Assembly (NCBI GenBank): GCA_002269645.1
Contig: NIVC01000501.1
Coordinates: 1 to 64,000, forward strand
Source of the DNA: Macrostomum lignano
Taxonomy: Eukaryota
Direction: 5' to 3'
Length of the DNA stretch: 64,000 nt
The notes beneath the pieces are model-generated. The model worked only from the letters and a program-made list of their open reading frames with translations, searched no databases and was not told the DNA's origin. Each line of letters begins with the position of its first letter. The first letter of the stretch is position 1. This document shows positions 46,713-58,249 of the stretch, one piece after another. A program made the translations under genes and the position numbers.

Positions 46713-48486
46713 GTTGAGTATCCATGTCTAGCAGGGCCATCACCCAGTGACAGGATGTCATGTCACCAAATATACAATGTTGGCCAGAGGTTGGTTCACA
46801 GTGGCATTAACAGTGGATTGGCCCCATATATGCCCAACCTCTAAATTTCACCCATCTGGTGCAATTTAGTTTTGTCCACAGATACTAGAACAACTTGTTC
46901 TAGTATCTGTGGTTCCTACTAATTGAAACTTAATTTTTACTTTGTATATGACTTTTCTTTTTTTTTTGCTCTTTTCTTCTCTTTCTCTTTCCCCTCTCTC
47001 TCTCTCTTCCTTTTCTTTTCCACTCCTTTCTTTTTTCCCTTAATTTTTTGTTTTTTTTGCATTTTCAATTCTGCAACTTACCTTGGCCGGCAGCCATTTC
47101 ACCCATCTGTATTGGATGGGTTGGACGGGTGTTGGGCATGTATGATTGGCCTTCCTTGAACCATTGGATCCATCTATATAGCTACTATAAAGTGCTGTGA
47201 TATAATGCTATTCTCACTATTCTCACCATGGCTCAGCAATTTTGGCTTTATGGTATCCTGCAAAGTCCAGACCACAGGGCAAAAACTTGACTCCATTGAC
47301 TTTCAAGGCTACAAGCCTTTTTATAAAAATTCTAACATGCACTAAAAGTGAGATTCCTAAAATAATTAGCATGTAAAACACTAAAGTTTGTTTCAAAGAT
47401 CACTATAATAAAAATACTAATTTGTAAAAAATATTTAAATGGTATAAAAGGACCCCATTGACAATGCCCTGTAGCTTACGCCTAACAGACATAAATCTAA
47501 GAAAATCTTTAATTTTTCAATAAAACCATAATATGACCCAGACTAAACCTAATATAATACTTAATGAAAGTCATAAAATAAATTAAACCTATAGGCTTAA
47601 TATATAATATAAATAGGACTAATCTACATATTAAAAAATCTATAAAATAAATTATTGTAGATTTCCTATTATAGTATTATATAGCATGCATATAAGATAT
47701 AGATTATAGTATATGACTGCCTAGCCTAGGCCTTAGTCTTAGTACCTTAGTGCCTTGAAGCTTAGTATCTTTAGCATGCAAGAATTTCTTATAATTATAT
47801 TTCTTAATTAATTTTAGTCTTCTAAAAATATAAAAAATATCTTTTAGAATATAGGGTAATATAGATTATAACAATTTTTTGAAAAGCCAATGACTAATCT
47901 ATATTAGTGATAGATCCAAATATTTGGATTTGGAATCTAAATCCAAAAAATGTCTTACTTTTTTAGAAATACAAATGTTTCAGATTTCGGTATATGTTTA
48001 CTTTTTTAAAATATGCTTTAGAATATGAAAAAAATTAAAAAACCTAAACAAATTCAAGTTTATAAAAGAAAACTTTTGAAATAAAAGAGTATATCAAAAA
48101 AATGCAACATTTATGCCATATTGTTCATTTTTGCAGTAACACATTTGAAAGAAAGTTATATAAATTAAAGTTACTAAGCTTTAAGAGTTAAGACCTTTGA
48201 GGCATTGAACCTAAAGTTGCAGAAACATTTTTGGCAATCATTGTTTAAATTGTTTTGTTGTATTGTTTTATTGTTTTTTAAAATACAAATGCATGGACTT
48301 ATAGACAATAAAAAAGCATTCTTAAGAACAGGAATGTAACCTTAGTACTAATAATTAGAATTAGCTAGATTAGCTACATAAGAATTATGTTCAATTCAAA
48401 CTTATTTACTCTCTAATAAGTTTTAATTCTTGCAATTTCACTTGAATTTCACTTAAAAAGTAGACTAGTTGCTTACTTAGATCATT

Positions 48487-48547
48487 AATTAGATGCTGAT
48501 ACATTTTTGTTACTTAAAAGTGTTATAGTTACTCTTGCCATTTACCT
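48487..48547 (-). pseudogene. Decayed 28S rRNA fragment inside the outer hAT copy
   Basis: Reverse complement AGGTAAATGGCAAGAGTAACTATAACAC...CATCTAATT aligns to 48721-48781. Confidence 0.7.
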
Positions 48548-48721
48548 TTTACTTTTTGCTTACATTTGGAAACATATTCAGATTTGAAAACTTGCAAAAA
48601 TCCACATTTGGTTTAGTGATGGACCGAATGTGGATTTTTGTAAGTTTCCGAAACCAAATCTGAATGTACAAAAAAAATCCGAATCCGAATCCGAATGTTT
48701 CCGAATGTAAACAAAGTGTCA

Positions 48722-48820
48722 GGTAAACGGCGGGAGTAACTATGACTCTTTTAATTTACCAAAATGTCTTGTCATCTAATTAGTGTGCATATAAATTGAC
48801 TGACAAGATTCCATCTCTCC
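48722..48820 (+). pseudogene. 28S (LSU) rRNA fragment spanning the R2/I-PpoI target region
   Basis: 28-nt exact match GGTAAACGGCGGGAGTAACTATGACTCT to the conserved eukaryotic LSU sequence (recalled), then diverged similarity (GTCATCTAATTAGTG...GATTCC). Confidence 0.85.
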
Positions 48821-48851
48821 TGGGATTATATTCGTATTTGTACTTTTATCT

Positions 48852-49228
48852 TAGGGGTCGGATGTGATCACAATCGTGAACTCAAGACCATTTTTTTCAC
48901 AATAGTGATTTTGTTGAAACCTGTTCCAACAGTTGTGAATTTCTGCTTATGTTTTTATTAGAAATATAACTTTTCTACTTGACTTAACAAAAATGTGAAC
49001 ACAAATGTGTAAAGAATTAACAAATTTTAAATTTGTTGACTTGACAGCATTATGGCTGAGTAGCTATTATCAATATACAAGTATGATTTCTTTTCTTGTT
49101 TGTTATTTTCAACACTTGTAACTTACGAGCTCAATATACATGTATGCTAATATAAATTCACAATCACGATCACGCCTGACTTTGAAAAATTCACGCATGA
49201 CCAAAATCTTCTACTTGTCCGACCTCTA
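48852..49228. mobile_element. Possible third small TIR element inside the inner hAT copy
   Basis: TAGGGGTCGGA...TCCGACCTCTA (10/11) with TGTGAA/TTCACA-type subterminal motifs. No convincing TSD. Confidence 0.4.
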
Positions 49229-50566
49229 CTGATATCTATCGCGAAACCAAATTTAAAGAGATGGACTTAGATAGGAAATTCAGTTCTACTTCTACCGTGT
49301 TACATGAACATCTAATTCTAGTGCTACTGACTATAGCAAATGAGTGACATATATATATACAGTGCAATTATGATAATTTTACCATACGTACGTAGTCCAT
49401 GTGACCCGTGCAGTTGCAATTTTGCATTTTGAAAAAACCTGTTATTACACTTAAACAATAATTACCAAAATATTTCCATAACTTTAGGTTTATTGTCTTA
49501 TGGGTCCCTAGGTTTAATAAATTTACTTATTCAACTTTTTTCAAATATATATTGCTGCAAAAATAGACAATCCTAGAATAAAAGAATAACGTGATAGATT
49601 TTGCTCTTTGCCTTTTAATTTTCTTTCTTTTTAGTTTTTAGTTTCTTTATTTAACGGGTTGCATGCTTTGGTTTCTTGATTTGTAATATTTATTTTAGAT
49701 TTGAATTTTAGAACCACATTCGGAAATATTCAGAAAAAAAAATTTCCGAATCCGAAACATTCGGATTCTTATAAAAGTAAGACTTTTTTTCGGATTTGGA
49801 TTCGGAATCCGAATATTCGGATCCATCACTAATTTGGTTTATCACTAACCTATATAGTGCATGGTCATTTTGTTTGCTAATAGATTCTATTTGAATTAAA
49901 TTACTGAAGTATAAAAAATAATTTCATAAGAAGCAAATTTTAATGTTGATTGTCTAGGCCTACCAAAAATAGGCCTTGCCTAGTATAATAAGCAATGATT
50001 TTCAAGATTGTAATTTAATTAATAGGCTTATTGGACCTAAAATTAATATTGGCTAAGTATAATATAAGGATAAAGTAGCAAACTTATAGGTTGTTTTGCA
50101 TAGGGCCTAGTAATTTTAAGTTTAAATTATATGAATAATGACTGTTAATATTTTTGATAGTCTAGAACTGTAGCCAAAATTTAGTTTTTAAAGGGTTAAT
50201 GTTAAACAATATTAATAACCAAGTAACTTTAGAAAAGGTACATAGGCCTAAGTAGGCCTAAGTCAAGTCAAAACTTCAAGTAGTTTAACTATTACATAGG
50301 ATAGTAATAAGCCATCTAAAATAGAATGGTACCAAAGACATTGTTTATTTGTTTTTAATTGTTTAGACAGATCTTACACCAAATAGTCCTATGCTTTTTA
50401 AGGTGGCTTTCAAATATACAAATAGTCTATTAGATGTTAGATAGGCCTATATCATGCATATTGCAAAATTTACACTATGATTAGGGCCTAACAAATTCAA
50501 ACTTAACATAAGCCTAATATTGCAAAACAAATTGCAAAATTGCTACCTAATATAGATTAAGGCTAG

Positions 50567-50809
50567 CAATGGCATAGCCAAGAATTTCAATTAAGGGGCC
50601 AGCCAGCCAGGTTGGCCTAGCTAGCCATGCTTTATTCCATTGCCACTTTTGGTGCTGCAGGCACTTATTTTGGCACTATAGAGTATAGACACTCATTTTG
50701 GCACCATATGCACTCATTTTGGCACTATAGGCACTCATTTTGGCACGGTAGACATTCGTTTTGGTGCCGCAAACACTTATTTTGGCCCCCTCCCTTGACT
50801 ATGCCACTG
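50567..50809. mobile_element. 243-bp hAT-type MITE
   Basis: TIRs CAATGGCATAGCCAAG and CTTGACTATGCCACTG (14/16). Perfect 8-bp TSD AAGGCTAG. Internal GCACTCATTTTGGCAC repeats. Confidence 0.88.
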
Positions 50810-52559
50810 AAGGCTAGGCCACTAGGCCTAGACAATTCCACAGTATCACAAATAGTCATGTCATAGCAATGCAAAAACTATGCAAGATCTATTAGGTACA
50901 AGGCCCTAAAAATGTCTAAGATGTTAGATCTATAGTTCCATGCCACACATATTTAACCTTTGCCCTTTGGCATATTTCCATACTAGAATTTTTGTTTTGT
51001 ATGTATGAATAATTAAATTAGGCCTAGTTATGGGGTTACACGGAGTAATAACTCAATGCTAATAATATATGGGTAAAATATTGAGTAGGTAGGGGTTATA
51101 GGCGCTCAAGGCTAGCAATAGCCGGCGCGACCAAATAGCTTGATTGGCGCCGCGCTCAAGATTGGCACTCTCCATGCAGGTCATTATCCTAATAATAGGC
51201 CTACTTATTACAAGACTTAATGGCTGGCCTAAGCTAGGCCTAAGGCTAACACCTAATGATAGTGTCATGATCATTGAGTTAGAGCTACCATTTACCTTCA
51301 TATAGGTTTTCACAAAGATTGGTTCTAGACTTCTAGTCCCTTCTAGAACCAGAATAATTCTAATTCCAGAACCAGAATTGGCAGGAAAATGAAAAGCTTT
51401 GAACCCATTTTTGTCTTTGGCAGTCTTATAAATTAATTTTGTCTTTCCTTGACTTTGCTTCTTCTTGGATATGACAAAAAACAGAGTACTAATATATCAA
51501 TTAAAAAATGGGCGATTTTGAATATATTTTACTGTTAGTTAGTGTTAGTGTAAACCTGACAACGGATCGAGAAAATTTCTCGAACCGAATACTAGAATCG
51601 GATCACGGTTCTGTAACCAATTCTGAAAACGGAACAGACAATATGAAAAACTTCGAACCGCTTCTGGTTCTGGAATCAGTAATATGAAAAACCTATTAAA
51701 AACGAAACGTCCTGTTTTTTCTGCCACATTCTTGTAAATTCATGTTCTTGCTTCTCGTAAACCATTTAAAAGAGTGGAGTTGGAATTAAAATACACGTCA
51801 TTCACAAATAGGCCCAGATTGGCGTGCATGTGTCAAGGATTACTTAAGTGTGTTCGATCTGAGACTGAGACTGATCAGGTACCTGACTATATCTGGAGTA
51901 TGTATGACCAGAAAATATCAATCGCGTGTATTTTAAATTATCAGTTAAACTTAACAAACTCTATAAAATTACTTTCTTGATGAAATATAAATTACTATTT
52001 CATAGTATCTCTAAAATAAAAAAATTTTTATTACAATACGTTTGACAGTTTAAGTCAAATTCCGAATGCTGAAGAGAGTACGCTGAGCTTTAATTGCTCC
52101 GTGTCGTGGCTTTAGGCAAAAAAGCAATCAAAACTAGCTAATTGATTGGATAATGACGGACCCATGCATAATATGTAAATGTACTTTTGTAGCTCTACAT
52201 CGTCGCTCATTGGTACTTAATTTCTGAAATTCTGCCGCTCTTTGTTGATAATTATTATACGCTGATCGGTACACTACATGTCGAATCGCACTTATAATAA
52301 ATTTATACGAATTGTAGCAGTTAGTGAAACATGATTTGTTGAGATTTATATCAACTTGCAACACTTAACATGAGTACGAGCGAAAAATAACTGAATAAAA
52401 AAGTGCAGTTGTACTCAGAGCTATACATATGTACACAGTATTAAAAGCAAAAATTGGAGATCATAGTGTAAAATACAACTAAAACAATTCAAAAGCTATA
52501 CTATACATGTAGATATACATGTATTACAGCCTATTAGTAGGATTTACCCTATCGCTGGT

Positions 52560-53060
52560 TTTTCGTGCTCGGAACTCCACCTTTCGGTTTTCCTAGCTCA
52601 ATCAACCTGAAGGGACCGTCTAGATATGGACGCGCGTAGCCAGGAGCAGTTCCATCGCCGAGCAGCTCCCCAGGCGGTCGGTGATGATATCATCGTCCGG
52701 AGAGACCACCAGCGAGCCGAGGTATCGGAAATCCGAGCAGGAAGAAATTTCGTTGCCGTTTGTTTTGACGTGTGAAGCACCTCGGTCTTGCGGGTGTTCA
52801 CTTCGAGGCTGGACTCTGGCGCCCATTCCTCCCAGATTCTGTTGAGGCTAGATTGAGCGGCCGAGAAGGGTCCTCCGCACACCAGGTAGGGCAATTTCGT
52901 CGGCAAAAGCGAGGGCAGACATGCATGTAGTAACATATTATCCAACTCTGTAGTCTCACCTTGGAAGAAACCCCTGCTGAAAAATCCTCCAGCTCTGTCC
53001 CAGCATGGTCCACTGCGATCCAGTCCAATCCCAAGGAGCGTCATTTTTATCGGCTGCTGT
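52560..53060 (-). mobile_element. Degenerate non-LTR (LINE) reverse transcriptase fragment
   Basis: Frameshifted segments ALAFADEIAL, AAQSSLNRI...LEVNTRKTEVL and ISSCSDFRYLGSLV are typical of the C-terminal half of a LINE RT. Confidence 0.75.
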
Positions 53061-54017
53061 GACTTCGAGAATTGAGACAGAGCTCAAATGTAGTTGGTAG
53101 GTCAGTTCTAGGTCCTTCTAGTCGGAAACCTGATTTTGAAAGAGCTGGATGGTATGGCTTGGAGAGCCAGGTTGCGCACGTGTTGGGTGGATTAGCTGAA
53201 TCTCAGGATTAGCTGATTTCTAACTGTCAAAAATTTTCCTGTATTGTCTCTCATTGTCTTCTCTTGGCTACAGAACCTGGTGCTCGACCGGAACACAACT
53301 ATGTAAGCAACATGTACGTATTTTGTGTGACAGGTCTCCTATCAAAGAGCTTAGGACCGAATCCATCAGAAGGATTGGTTAATTGCGAGCTTCGATAATT
53401 TCAATATGCTTGGAAAATGCTCTAATATCGACAAGGTTTAAAGCTTATATGTATATTTGCAGTGCATTGATGACCCCTAAGTAAGATACACAAAATGATT
53501 AGTCTGTTTTCAAGGTTAGAATTACATCTCTTGCTTGATAACTTTAGTCTCGCTCTCAACATTTGGAACGTTTTAACTTTTAAAATTAGCGGTTAACATG
53601 TGCAGCAAAAAAGCTGTTGTCACATCACTTAGAAGCATATTTTCCATCTTAATGGACATTTTCAATTAGTATTTTTACGCGGAACAGAGCATGCAAAGAG
53701 ACAGAGAGAGGCTTAGTGTCTGCATTCTGGTCTTGTACAGTAACCTAAAGGCGTACAGCAGTACAATACACTGTACATTGTAGATTTTAAAACTGGCCGT
53801 ACACTTGCAGTACGTAGAGAAGAGAAGGGAGAGGCGTATGTGACTAGTTGTCATGGCAACCAATATGCCGCTATAGCCGCCCCCTCCATTTAGCACTAGA
53901 TTCAAATAGATAGATAAGAGCTTCGCAGTAATCTACTTTTAAACCTCTAATAATTCTAAAATACTACAGAAAACTAAATTCCCAAGACAAGTGTCTGAAA
54001 GCAAGCATTTTGCTACT

Positions 54018-57000
54018 ATGTCAGAATCCCAAACCTTCATAGAGCAGTGGGACGACGAGGGAACTGAGGATAAGGCCGAATTGTTAGACGAACTGATTCT
54101 CGTGCAGGCTGGCGATGTTGGAAAGGTAAGTTTGGGATGTAGATTGCACCCTATCGATCTACTCAATACAATTCTACCCGACCCCATTGTATCCGACTCT
54201 ACCCGACTCTACCCAATTCTACCCGATTCTACCCGATTCTACCCGATTCTACCCGATTCCACCCGATTCCACCCGATTCCACCCGATTCTACCCGATTCT
54301 ACCCGATTCCACCCGATTCTACCCGATTCTACCCGATTCTACCCGATTCTACCCGATTCTACCCGATTCTACCCGATTCTACCCGATTCTACCCAATTCT
54401 ACCCGATTCCACCCGATTCTACCCGATTCTACCCGATTTCACCCGATTCTACCCGATTCTACCCGATTCTACCCGATTCTACCCAATTCTACCCGATTCT
54501 ACCCGATTCCACCCGATTCTACCCGATTCTACCCGATTCTACCCGATTCCACCCAATTCTACCCGATTTCACCCGATTCCACCCAAATCTACACAATTCT
54601 ACCCGATTCCACCCAAATCTACCCAATTCTAGCCAATTCTCGTTCTATGCTATCCTATTTTACAGTACTTTTTTGTTTTTTTTTCAACTATATTCCATTC
54701 AAATTGTAATACATAGTACGTATTTCACAATACCCTGTTTACCAAATTAACAATTTCAGCTCAATGTCAACGAGGTAATGCTGAGATACTTTGAAAATCG
54801 TCGAAAGCTCGGTAAGTACTCATACACAGGTAAAATTGCAACACTGTCTGTTTTCTAATTTAATTAGCTTGGAAAAAGCTTTTTACCTTTACTCATTAAA
54901 AACCCGGTTACAACTTTACAAAGGCCTTGAATAATTGAGGTTGACATGTTTTTTTCTGAAACAACTACACGTAGCACATATGTAGAGTGTATGAATCGTA
55001 TGATTTATTTAATTTTACAACAAGTAGATTTACATACAGTATGTCAGACTCTTGAGAAAATTTCAGAGTGTCTTTAACACGATTTGTAACTCTATAATCA
55101 CACATGGGAAGGTGTGAACTCTGATAATCACATATGGGAAGGTGTGAACTCTGATAATCACACATGGGAAGGTGTGAACTCTAATAATCACACATGGGAG
55201 GGTGTGAACTCTAATCATCACACATGGGAGGGTGTGAACTCTAATCATCACACATGGGAGGATGTGAACTCTAATAATCACACATGGGAGGGTGTGAACT
55301 CTGATAATCACATATGGGAAGGTGTGAACTCTAATAATCACACATGGGAAGGTGTGAACTCTAATAATCACACATGGGAGGGTGTGAACTCTAATCATCA
55401 CACATGGGAGGGTGTGAACTCTAATCATCACACATGGGAGGATGTGAACTCTAATAATCACACATGGGAGGGTGTGAACTCTAATAATCACACATGGGAG
55501 GGTGTGAACTCTAATAATCACACATGGGAGGGTGTGAACTCTAATAATCACACATGGGAGGGTGTGAACTCTAATAATCACACATGGGAGGGTGTGAACT
55601 CTAATAATCACAGATGGGGAGAATGTGAACCCTAATAATCACACATGGGAGAATGTGAACTCTAATAGTCACATATGGGGAGGCTGTGAACTCTAATCAT
55701 CACACATGGGAGGGTGTGAACTCTAATAATCACACATGGGAGGGTGTGAACTCTAATAATCACACATGGGAGGGTGTGAACTCTAATAATCACACATGGG
55801 AGGGTGTGAACTCTAATAATCACAGATGGGAGGGTGTGAACTCTAATAATCACAGATGGGGAGAATGTGAACCCTAATAATCACACATGGGAGAATGTGA
55901 ACTCTAATAGTCACATATGGGGAGGCTGTGAACTCTAATCATCACACATGGGAGGGTGTGAACTCTAATAATCACAGATGGGAGGGTGTGAACTCTAATA
56001 ATCACATATGGGTAGGTGTGAACTCTAATAATCACAGATGGGGAGGGTGTGAACTCTAATAATCACATATGGGAGGGTGTGAACTCTAATAATCACAGAT
56101 GGGGAGGGTGTGAACTCTAATAATCACATATGGGAAGGTGTGAACTCTAATAATCACAGATGGGGAGGGTGTGAACTCTAATAATCACATATGGGAGGGT
56201 GTGAACTCTAATAATCACAGATGGGGAGGGTGTGAACTCTAATAATCACACATGGGAGGGTGTGAACTCTAATAATCACACATGGGAAGGTGTGAACTCT
56301 GATAATCACACATGGGAAGGTGTGAACTCTGATAATCACATATGGGAAGGTGTGAACTCTAATAATCACACATGGGAAGGTGTGAACTCTAATAATCACA
56401 GATGGGGAGGTGTGAACTCTAATAATCACAGATGGGGAGAACGTGAACCCTAATAATCACACATGGGAGAATGTGAACTCTAATAGTCACATATGGGGAG
56501 GCTGTGAACTCTAATCATCACACATGGGAGGGTGTGAACTCTAATAATCACACATGGGAGGGTGTGAACTCTAATAATCACATATGGGTAGGTGTGAACT
56601 CTAATAATCACAGATGGGGAGGGTGTGAACTCTAATAATCACATATGGGAGGGTGTGAACTCTAATAATCACAGATGGGGAGGGTGTGAACTCTAATAAT
56701 CACACATGGGAGGGTGTGAACTCTAATAATCACATATGGGAAGGTGTGAACTCTAATAATCACAGATGGGGAGGGTGTGAACTCTAATAATCACATATGG
56801 GAGGGTGTGAACTCTAATAATCACAGATGGGGAGGGTGTGAACTCTAATAATCACATATGGGAGGGAGTGAACTCTGACAATCACACATGGTGTGATAAT
56901 AATAACTGACTAAGAAACTAATAATTACTGAACAATCTCTCTGCGCAAGGCTGCGACTCCTGGGACAACGACAACCAGGCCCTCCGCCAGCTGTTCAGCG

Positions 57001-57948
57001 CTTCGTCTCGCGTGCCTCGAGTTCGGCACTTCCCCGGCTCGGCTGGTCGAGTTGTCGGCCGGCCGAAGGTGCCAGCGGGTGGCAGCGGCGGCGTCAGCGG
57101 AGCTTCTAGACGGCCGCTGGCCCAGCAGCAGCCGCTGAGACTGCTAGACGACTCAGGCAGTCGGCAGAAGCAGACGAAGCCTGCTGGCGGATCGTCTGAT
57201 GCCACACGTCAGCTGGCGCAGCACATGATCGCCTCTGAGGACACTTACGAAGGCATTGAGAAGGAGCTCATGGCCCTATCAGAGCGGCTAGTTGAGCAGT
57301 CTCTGAGTCAGGCGGTGTACAATAGTGCTGTGCATCAACTGGCTGTTCGATTGGTGCGACGAGCGCTTGATAGGTGAGTGAATGCCTGATTGCAATATTC
57401 GTGGAGTGAGGTTGATGCTCTGGGAGAGAAATATCGATGAAAAGAATCAACCGGATTGGCTGTGGTAAGCGTGGAGTGAGGTGGATGCTCTGGGAGAGAA
57501 ATATCGATGAAAAGAAACAACGGGATTGGCTGTGGTAAGCGTGGAGTGAGGTGGATGCTCTGGGAGAGAAATATCGATGAAAAGAAACAACGGGATTGGC
57601 TGTGGTAAGAGTGGAGTGAGGTGGATGCTCTAAAGGACATACTGGAGTGAGGCGGCGAGGCCCAACAATAAAACGAGTCAATGAAAACCAACCCGTCTAT
57701 GCAGAGCCAGCGAACATCTGGGCAGCCGCAATGCCAGCGATCTCGAGGGCTCTTCATCTTCAAAAGCCGGCGACAATGATTCGGAGCGAATTGACGCAAT
57801 CGCGCAAGAATTAGCGCGCAACACGCGCGGCGGCGACCCGCGCGAGTTGACGTTCACCTCGGATAGGGCGGCCAGCGTTGCCGAGGGCCTCCTTGATCAG
57901 GTGATGGCCGATGCTGCTGAGGTTGTGAGCAAAGACGACCAATCGTGA
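54018..57948 (+). CDS. Uncharacterised ~275-aa protein with AKAP-like RII-binding amphipathic helices
   Basis: Exons 54018-54125, 54760-54811, 56950-57373, 57705-57948 are phase-consistent (0,1,2) with GT-AG sites and no internal stop. Contains EKELMALSERLVEQSLSQAV. Confidence 0.75.
54170..54640. repeat. 10-bp minisatellite
   Basis: CTACCCGATT units. Confidence 0.95.
55090..56892. repeat. 30-bp minisatellite with an internal 6-bp inverted repeat
   Basis: GTGTGAACTCTAATAATCACACATGGGAGG units. Confidence 0.95.
57401..57630. repeat. 70-bp tandem repeat (about 3.3 copies)
   Basis: GTGGAGTGAG recurs at 57401, 57471, 57541 and 57611. Confidence 0.92.
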
Positions 57949-58249
57949 ATGAAGCACGCCTTTGATTAACTTGATATTGTTTACAGCCTTGAAAGTTGAT
58001 AATTATGTTTGTTCGTTGTTACGAGTCTAAACCGATATAAATTAGCATCAAAGTTGGCTTCTTTGATAGATTTTGTATAAATTATCAGCCTATCAAATAT
58101 TAAAATAACCGTTTTTTGTTTTAACAATTGGATAGGCCGGCTTTGTGGCTTAACATGATTGAAGGCTAAAATATAATTTTTTGAACTATCTTTGCAAGGT
58201 GTTAAAATATATAACAGAAATGTATGTAAACTTAATTCGTTCTAATTCG

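Larger units (their letters stand above)
48614..49831. mobile_element. Younger non-autonomous hAT-type element (inner copy)
   Basis: Ends TAGTGATGG...CCATCACTA. Perfect 8-bp TSD ATTTGGTT at 48606-48613 and 49832-49839. CCGAAT/ATTCGG subterminal repeats. Confidence 0.9.
47905..49847. mobile_element. Older non-autonomous hAT-type element (outer copy)
   Basis: Ends TAGTGATA...TATCACTA. 8-bp TSD ATCTATAT/ACCTATAT. Both ends match the inner copy in reverse orientation. Confidence 0.8.

Noticed and set aside
48722-48820. A genuine rRNA gene
   Set aside because: Only about 100 bp, diverged beyond the core and embedded in a TIR element. No 18S, 5.8S or flanking 28S sequence.
55090-56892. 30-bp repeats with an internal palindrome, CRISPR-like at first sight
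   Set aside because: The units are head-to-tail with no unique spacers, lie in a spliceosomal intron and have no cas genes nearby.
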